From Polyangiales bacterium (GTDB lineage Bacteria; Myxococcota_A; Polyangia; Polyangiales; Ga0077539): DNA of 64,000 nt. The DNA lies in NCBI GenBank assembly GCA_044229975.1, contig JBGARZ010000024.1, positions 32,001 to 96,000 of the forward strand. Direction: 5' to 3'. This document shows positions 57,833-64,000 of this stretch, piece by piece. The position numbers and the translations under genes are program-made. The stretch's first letter is position 1. Each line of letters opens with the position of its first letter. The notes under the pieces are model-generated. The model was not told the origin of the DNA. It saw only the letters and a list, made by a program, of their open reading frames with translations, and ran no database searches.

Positions 57833-59878
57833 TTGACCGTCACGCCGACCCTGGTCCGATTGCGCGCAAACCGCCGCACGGTCGCGCTCCCGATCCTCGC
57901 GCTCATCCTCACGAACTGCAGCGACGCTACGCCCGGGCCGACCGACGCCGCGACGCGCGACGCGACCGCGATCCGCCCGCGGGACGGTTGGTCCGCCCTG
58001 TTCACCTTCCGCGATCCAGCGGTGCGCACCCAGCGCGCGGCGGCGCCGGACGGGGGGTGGTTCCTGATGCCGCTGCACGGGCACCTCCTGCCGACCGGGC
58101 GGGTGATGCTGCACGGCTTCGCCCGCAACAGCCGCGGCGACGGCCCCGACAAGCCGGTCACGCTCCAGAGCGACGCGACCTGGATCATCGACCCCGCCGA
58201 CCCGCGCCTCGCCGCGCGCGCCGACGGCGACCTCCCCGTGGAGGTGTCCTACCCCCCGACGGCCACCGCGGCGGAACCCGACGGCCTCATCCGGCGCGAC
58301 GACCAGAGCGACTGGGAGGCCGGCGAGGCCATGCTCTGCGGCGGCCACACCTTCCTCTCCGACGGGCTCCTCTTCTACGCCGGCGGCACCGCCTTCGAGA
58401 GCGATCGCGACCCGGGCACCCCCCCGAACGCCCGCAACCACGGCGACCTGATCGCCGTCGGGACGCAGCGTTCGGCCCGCTTCAACCCGTGGGGAGAGGC
58501 GGTCGCCGGGGCGCGCCCGGGCTGGAGCGTCGGCCCCTCGTCGCAGCTCGGCGGCCGGTACTACCCCACCAACACCCGGCTCCCCGACGGGCGCGTGGTG
58601 GTCGCGTCGGGCTACTTCGACACCGAGGAGCTGCCGAACCCCAGCGTCGAGGTCTTCGACCCGGCGCAGAACACCTGGACGCCCCTCGTCCCGGCGATCC
58701 GCCCGGGCGACGACATCGCCGACGACGACCCGCGCCGGTACCTCTACCCGAGCGCGCAGGACTACGTGCACGCGTTCCTGCTGCCGCGGCCGTGGCCCGC
58801 GGGGACCCCGGCCGGCAACGCCCTGGAGCGCCGGGTCGCCCTCATGGGCATCACCGGGCGGGTGGTCCTGCTGAGCGTCGACGGGCCCGCGGGGCTCGAC
58901 CGGGTCTTCGTCCCGCCGGGCGGGCGCCGCCCGGGGGAGGGCACCAACGACCGCGAGTGGCGGGGCGAGGGCGCCACGACGGTGCTCCTGCCCGACGGCC
59001 GCATCCTCACGATGGGCGGCGCCGACGTCGGGGGCTACGGGGGGCGCGCGGACCTCTACGACCCGCGGCCCGGCGCGCCGACCTTCGACGCGTGGGAGTC
59101 GTTCCCGCTGTGCGACGCCGCGGGGGCCTGCGCGTCGCGCTACCAGGGCGCGGCGCTCTACCTGCCCGACGGGCGGGTCGCGTTCGTGGGCGGTCGGCGC
59201 CAGGGGCGCACGGACGGCTCGGGCCACGAGGGCGAGGAGGAGAGCCACGTGGTCAACGCGCGCGCGACCGTGGACGAGCGCAGCCCGGCGCTCATCGACT
59301 GGCAGACGCGACGGGTGACCTTCGGCTCCCCGTGGCCCGACGACCTCGTGCGCACGCAGCATTCGGTCACCCTCCTGCTGCCCGACGGCCGGCTGCTCGT
59401 CGCGGGCGGCCGGCGGATCTACTGCGAGCCCTCCTGCGCCGACGAGCAACCCACCCTGCGGCTCTACTCCCCCGCCTACCTCGACCCGGCCTTGGCGCCA
59501 TGGCGCCCGCGGTTGGGAACGCTCGTCGATGCCTCCTCCGGCCGCCCCCTCGCGCTCGCCAACCGCAACCCCGTCGTGTCGCTCGGGTCGACGGTGCGCG
59601 TACCCGTGTCGACCGACGCCGCGCCCGCGCCCGCCGCGTCGATGCGCTTCGCGCTCGTGGCCAACGGCTCCATCACCCACCGCTTCGACCAGAACCTCCG
59701 CTACGTCACGGTCCCCCACGCGGAGGCGAACGGCGGCTACGTGCTATCGATCCCCGCGAGCGGCGACGCGCTCCCGCCGGGCCCATACATGCTCTTTGCC
59801 ATCGAGACGGTGACTACCGGGTCGGGACAGATCGACGTCCCTTCGATCGCGAGCCTCGTCATGGTGCGGGGGCGGTAG
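57833..59878 (+). CDS. Galactose-oxidase-like kelch protein with DUF1929-type C-terminal domain
   Basis: LCGGH, RYYPT..LPDG, HS..LLLPDGR, YSPAYL, SITH.FDQN.R, PPGPYMLF; start uncertain. Confidence 0.82.
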   Translation: MTVTPTLVRLRANRRTVALPILALILTNCSDATPGPTDAATRDATAIRPRDGWSALFTFRDPAVRTQRAAAPDGGWFLMPLHGHLLPTGRVMLHGFARNSRGDGPDKPVTLQSDATWIIDPADPRLAARADGDLPVEVSYPPTATAAEPDGLIRRDDQSDWEAGEAMLCGGHTFLSDGLLFYAGGTAFESDRDPGTPPNARNHGDLIAVGTQRSARFNPWGEAVAGARPGWSVGPSSQLGGRYYPTNTRLPDGRVVVASGYFDTEELPNPSVEVFDPAQNTWTPLVPAIRPGDDIADDDPRRYLYPSAQDYVHAFLLPRPWPAGTPAGNALERRVALMGITGRVVLLSVDGPAGLDRVFVPPGGRRPGEGTNDREWRGEGATTVLLPDGRILTMGGADVGGYGGRADLYDPRPGAPTFDAWESFPLCDAAGACASRYQGAALYLPDGRVAFVGGRRQGRTDGSGHEGEEESHVVNARATVDERSPALIDWQTRRVTFGSPWPDDLVRTQHSVTLLLPDGRLLVAGGRRIYCEPSCADEQPTLRLYSPAYLDPALAPWRPRLGTLVDASSGRPLALANRNPVVSLGSTVRVPVSTDAAPAPAASMRFALVANGSITHRFDQNLRYVTVPHAEANGGYVLSIPASGDALPPGPYMLFAIETVTTGSGQIDVPSIASLVMVRGR

Positions 59879-59927
59879 ACCGCAATCGCTCGACGATGAT
59901 CAACCCGCATGGTGCGGGGGCCATGTC

Positions 59928-59960
59928 TTGACAGTCCGTGGCCTTCGGGAGGACTGTCAA
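59928..59960. promoter_or_regulatory. Inverted repeat containing TTGACA; candidate operator
   Basis: TTGACAGTCC-N13-GGACTGTCAA just before the next gene. Confidence 0.5.
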
Positions 59961-59969
59961 CATCAAACC

Positions 59970-62474
59970 ATGAGGCCAAAGATGCGTGCATTCCGATCGG
60001 ATGGGCTGCTGGTGGTGTTGAGCGTCCTCGGTGTCGGATGCACGCGATCGCGGGGGCCGTCCCCGGCCTCGCGCCCGGCCTCGCCGTCGCCCACGGCTCC
60101 GGCCGCGACTGCTCCTCAGGCCAACGGCGCCGACCTCGCCCGCGAGCGGGTCGCACACATGGCTGACCAGGTGGCGCACGACCCCTCGCTGGCCCGAGTC
60201 AACGCGGAAGAGGCGACGCTGGGCGAGGTGCGCCGCACGCTGCTCGACCCGTGGGTCGCGCAGTGGCGCGCGAGAGAGGGCGCCGGCTTCTCGGCGCGCG
60301 CCGACGTGGGCCTGAGCTGGTCGTCTGCCGCCCGCACGCTGCACCGTGAGGTCGAGGGCTTGCGCGAGTTCGCGTGGGCGCTCCAGCCGACCGCCGCGCC
60401 CGGCGACGAGGCCCAACGCTACCTCGCGGGCTTCAGCCGCGTGGACGACGTGCGCCTCGACGTGTGGCGCATGGTGCCCTCCGGCGAGCATGTGACCCTC
60501 GACGTCCGCTACGAGTTGCGCGGCCTCACGACGGCGGGCGCGCGTCGCCACGACCGGGGCGCGCTCACGCTCGAGGCGACCAGGCGCGACGGCGCCTGGC
60601 GCGTCACGCGCGCGTCGACCGGGCCGATGGAGAGCGTCGAAGGCCTGCGCCGCCCGGCCTTCGAGGTCGCGACGGCGTCGATGGGCCTCGACCAGCTCCC
60701 GGTCACGTCGCGCACCGAGGCCATCCGCCGCGGCGGCTACGCCGTGGCTGTGGCCGACTACGACGACGACCGCCGCCCCGACATGTTGGTGGGCAACGTC
60801 GGCCCGGTGCGGCTGCTCCACAACACAGGCCACGGTTTCGAGGACGTGACCCGCGCCGCGGGCCTGCAAGGCGAGACGCTGGTGAAGTCCGCGGTGTTCG
60901 CCGACCTCGACAGCGACGGCCACCGCGACCTCGTGCTGCTGCGCTTCGTCGACACCGCCGACCGGCAGAGCGACGACCTGTCGGTCTACCGCAACCTGGG
61001 CAACGGGCGCTTCGAGCGCCACGACAATCTGCTCCCGCGCGGCCGCCGCTACGACCGCGGCATGCCCCTCGCGGTGGCCGACTTCGACGGCAACGGACAC
61101 CTCGACCTGTACCTGGGCTTCCCTGGCGCGCGCGACTTCACCAACAACCTCCAGAACACCCAGCGGACGGCCGGGCTCTCGTCGCAGGGCATCTGGTTCA
61201 ACCAGGGCAACTGGCGCTTCACCGAGTCGCCCGCCGACAGCGTGCTGGTGCAGGCGCGCGAGGTCTATCCCCACGCCACGCTGGTCTCGGACCTCGACAA
61301 CGACGGCCGCGTCGATCTGGTGGTGGTCGACGACAGCGGGCGCGTAAGCCCCGTCTATCACAACGACGGCGCGGGCCGGTTTCACGACGTGACGGCGCAG
61401 AGCCGCCTCGACGCGCCGGGCTGGAGCATGGGCGCCGCCGCGGGTGATTTCGATGGCGACGGTGCGATGGACCTCGTGACCACGAACGTCGAGCTGCTCG
61501 ACGCCACCCGCATGGCGGCTTCTGCCGAGGGCCGCGAGACCGACCCCGAGCTGGCGCAGCGCTTCGCGGAGGTGCGCCGCTCGCAGAGTGGGGTGCGGAT
61601 CTACCACAACCGTGGCGACGGCACCTTCGAGCCCGCCCAGCGTTCGGGCATCGACTGGGTGGGTGAGGGCGCCGCGGGCGCCGAGTGGGTCGACTACAAC
61701 AACGACGGCCGCCTCGACCTCTACGTCGCCAACGGCCTGTGGAGCGGCGGCGGCGAGGACTTCTCGAGCCTCTTCACCCGTGGGGCCCTGCTCGGCCGCG
61801 CCAGCGAGGAGTGGGAGCACAGCGACGAGGTCACCGGCATCCCGGTGTTCGCCGCGCGCGGCCGCGAGCCCAACCCCATCCTCACGATCCTGCGGGAGTT
61901 TCGCGGCGAGCTCGCCAACCCGCGGGCGCCCTGGACGGCCACCGCACCGACGCTCTCGATGGCTGGCGGGCAGCGCAACCGGCTCTACCGCAACAACGGC
62001 GACAGCACCTTCACCGAGGTGGGCTACCTGGAGGGCGCCGACTCGCAGGAGGACGGCTATGTGATCGCCCCGTCCGACCTCGACGGCGACGGCCGCCAGG
62101 ACCTCGTGCTGCGCAACTGCGACCCTGCCCCGGGCCGTCGCTTCGAGACGGTCACCGTCCTGCGCAACACGGGCACGGCAGGCGCCAACGGCAACTCGCT
62201 GCGCATCGCCACGCGCGGTGAGCACAACTCCGACGGCTTCGGCGCCGTGGTCACCGTCTGGGTGGGCGACCGTCGCATCGTGCGTGAGGTCCGCGCCGTG
62301 AGCGGCGCCGCCCAGGGCGACCCGGAGGCCTTCGTTGGCATCGGCTCCGCCCAGCACGCCGACCGCGTCGAGATCCGCTGGCCCAACGGCAACGTGCAAC
62401 GCATGGGCAGCGTGCAAGCCGGCGAGATCGTGATGCAGGAGCGGCCGGCCGCCACCCGCGTCGCCGCTCGCTGA
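59970..62474 (+). CDS. CRTAC1/ASPIC-UnbV FG-GAP repeat lipoprotein with N-terminal NTF2-like region
   Basis: Lipobox GVGC; many D.D.DG..DL repeats; RNRLYRNNGD; GAVV.V...EIRWPNG. Confidence 0.87.
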   Translation: MRPKMRAFRSDGLLVVLSVLGVGCTRSRGPSPASRPASPSPTAPAATAPQANGADLARERVAHMADQVAHDPSLARVNAEEATLGEVRRTLLDPWVAQWRAREGAGFSARADVGLSWSSAARTLHREVEGLREFAWALQPTAAPGDEAQRYLAGFSRVDDVRLDVWRMVPSGEHVTLDVRYELRGLTTAGARRHDRGALTLEATRRDGAWRVTRASTGPMESVEGLRRPAFEVATASMGLDQLPVTSRTEAIRRGGYAVAVADYDDDRRPDMLVGNVGPVRLLHNTGHGFEDVTRAAGLQGETLVKSAVFADLDSDGHRDLVLLRFVDTADRQSDDLSVYRNLGNGRFERHDNLLPRGRRYDRGMPLAVADFDGNGHLDLYLGFPGARDFTNNLQNTQRTAGLSSQGIWFNQGNWRFTESPADSVLVQAREVYPHATLVSDLDNDGRVDLVVVDDSGRVSPVYHNDGAGRFHDVTAQSRLDAPGWSMGAAAGDFDGDGAMDLVTTNVELLDATRMAASAEGRETDPELAQRFAEVRRSQSGVRIYHNRGDGTFEPAQRSGIDWVGEGAAGAEWVDYNNDGRLDLYVANGLWSGGGEDFSSLFTRGALLGRASEEWEHSDEVTGIPVFAARGREPNPILTILREFRGELANPRAPWTATAPTLSMAGGQRNRLYRNNGDSTFTEVGYLEGADSQEDGYVIAPSDLDGDGRQDLVLRNCDPAPGRRFETVTVLRNTGTAGANGNSLRIATRGEHNSDGFGAVVTVWVGDRRIVREVRAVSGAAQGDPEAFVGIGSAQHADRVEIRWPNGNVQRMGSVQAGEIVMQERPAATRVAAR

Positions 62475-62492
62475 CAGACTCCCTCCACCATT

Positions 62493-62533
62493 AGCCTGCC
62501 TAGACGTTCAGACGCCTGAACGTCCTGGACGTC
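62493..62533. repeat. Octamer array E
   Basis: tagacgtt cagacgcc tgaacgtc (c)tggacgtc. Confidence 0.8.
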
Positions 62534-62575
62534 CGAGGCCACCGGAGATCGGATCGGTCCACGTACCTCGCACGA

Positions 62576-64000
62576 TCACCCGATCGGCCGCAGCTCGTCG
62601 CTCCCGAAGAGCTCGAAGTACATCGCCCACGTCTTCGGGCACCGCTCCCTCACGCTGCATCCGCGGCACGGCGGCGGCTCGGGTCTCTGCGTCGCCCGCA
62701 CGGCATCGAGCGCGTCGTGCGTCAGGTGCAGGTCGTCCACCCGGTGCCGCGCCCAGTCCTCGGTCGCGTCGGGACTCCCGTGCAGCTCCGTCGGCAGCGC
62801 GCACAGCGGAAACGCCTCCGTGCTCACCGTCACGCCCTGCTGCGCCGCGACCTTCGCCGCCTGCCGCACCGCCAACGCCGCATGCGCCAGCCGCGGGACC
62901 GCGTCGGTCACCGCCCGCCCCGGCAGCTCCACCGGCCGCGGGAAGTTGAACTGCACCCGCGTCGCCCCGAGGTGCTTCGCGAAGGCCACCGTCGTCGCGA
63001 GCCCCCGTAGATTCCCCCGCAGCACCGGAACCGTCACCAGCAACTGCCGCCCCGACGCGGCCAGCGCCTTGATGGCCGTCGCCGTCGCGCGAAACGCCCC
63101 CGCCACCCCCGACAGCCGATCGTGCGTCGCCTCGTCGGCCGCCAGGAGCTGCACCTCGAAGGCGTCGACCCCCGCGCGCAGCAGCTCGTCCCGCAGCCCC
63201 ACCGCCGCGAGCGCTTTGCCGTCGGTCTGGAGCTGCACGAAGCGGTAGCCCATGCGCCGCGCGCGACCCACGAGCGCCGCCAGGTCGCGCCGCAGCGTCG
63301 CCTCGCCCCGCAGGATCACCAGCTCGTCGCACCCCGCCTCGCGCCCCTCGGCGAGCGAGCGCAGCGCCTCATCCGACGACCGATCGGGCTGCTCGCGTTG
63401 ATCGCGCAGGGTGCAGTGCCCGCAGTCGAGGTCGCAGCGCGTGGTCAGCCGCAACGACAGCCGACGCCCACCGGGCAACGCCGCGAGTACGGCATCGCTC
63501 GCGATCGGCGCGAGCGCGGGGCCGGGCGGTCGCTCGACGAGGAAGTCACCGATGGCGAGGAAGTCGGCGCCCAGGCCCACGAAGCAGTCGAGCGCGTCAG
63601 CAGGCGTGCAGACGATGGGCTCCCCCCGACGATTGAACGACGTGTCGAGCACCATCGGAACGCCCGTGAGCCGCTCGAAGGCCGCGATCATCGCGTGGTA
63701 GCGCGGCTGCTCGGTGGGGTGGACGACCTGCGGGCGGGTGGTTCCGTCGACGTGGACGACGGCGGGGACGCGCGCGCGTTGCGACTCGATGACGGGCAGC
63801 GTGAAGAGCATGAAGCGCGAGTCGAAGGCCCGCTCCAGCCACTCGCCCTCGCGACCCGCCAGCACCGACGGACCAAACGGCCGCCACGGCTCGCGCTGCT
63901 TCATCGCGTTGACCCGCGCGTGCATCGCCGCGTTGCGCGGATCAGCCACGATGGACCGCGCCCCGAGCGCCCGCGGGCCGAACTCCATCGGCCCCTGAAA
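62576..64000 (-). CDS. Carbamoyltransferase C-terminal domain fused to a radical SAM domain (5' end outside the window)
   Basis: FQGPMEFGPRALG, REPWRPF, HVDGTTRPQ, DTSFN; then CDLDCGHC and CRGCSVRERC. Confidence 0.88.
   Translation of the reverse strand, partial: FQGPMEFGPRALGARSIVADPRNAAMHARVNAMKQREPWRPFGPSVLAGREGEWLERAFDSRFMLFTLPVIESQRARVPAVVHVDGTTRPQVVHPTEQPRYHAMIAAFERLTGVPMVLDTSFNRRGEPIVCTPADALDCFVGLGADFLAIGDFLVERPPGPALAPIASDAVLAALPGGRRLSLRLTTRCDLDCGHCTLRDQREQPDRSSDEALRSLAEGREAGCDELVILRGEATLRRDLAALVGRARRMGYRFVQLQTDGKALAAVGLRDELLRAGVDAFEVQLLAADEATHDRLSGVAGAFRATATAIKALAASGRQLLVTVPVLRGNLRGLATTVAFAKHLGATRVQFNFPRPVELPGRAVTDAVPRLAHAALAVRQAAKVAAQQGVTVSTEAFPLCALPTELHGSPDATEDWARHRVDDLHLTHDALDAVRATQRPEPPPCRGCSVRERCPKTWAMYFELFGSDELRPIG

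Overview
Very GC-rich bacterial DNA; the Cys-rich lipoproteins and FG-GAP proteins suggest Myxococcota, which is inference only. Most of the window is a large accessory cluster for glycan or glycoconjugate tailoring. It carries ADP-heptose genes (gmhA, hldE, hldD, a GT9), GT2 and GT-C-like transferases, WecB, a DegT aminotransferase, an sxtI/K/J-like carbamoyltransferase module and three SGNH-type proteins. It also has 11 radical SAM genes (12 CxxxCxxC domains, including GT2-rSAM, carbamoyltransferase-rSAM and double-rSAM fusions), three 2OG-Fe(II) oxygenases, three JmjC/cupin proteins and several secreted lipoproteins. Plasmid-type maintenance parts are scattered through this cargo: a Cre-like tyrosine recombinase with a loxP-like 34-bp site about 42 bp upstream, an orphan short ParA, and clusters of phased 8-bp repeats (about YRGACGTC) in five intergenic regions. 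The strongest leads are the candidate new Cre/lox pair, the dispersed octamer arrays (possible centromere), a JmjC protein with a halogenase-like H-x-A motif, and the rSAM fusions. No rRNA, tRNA or CRISPR array was recognised. All calls come from reading motifs by eye; no searches were run.
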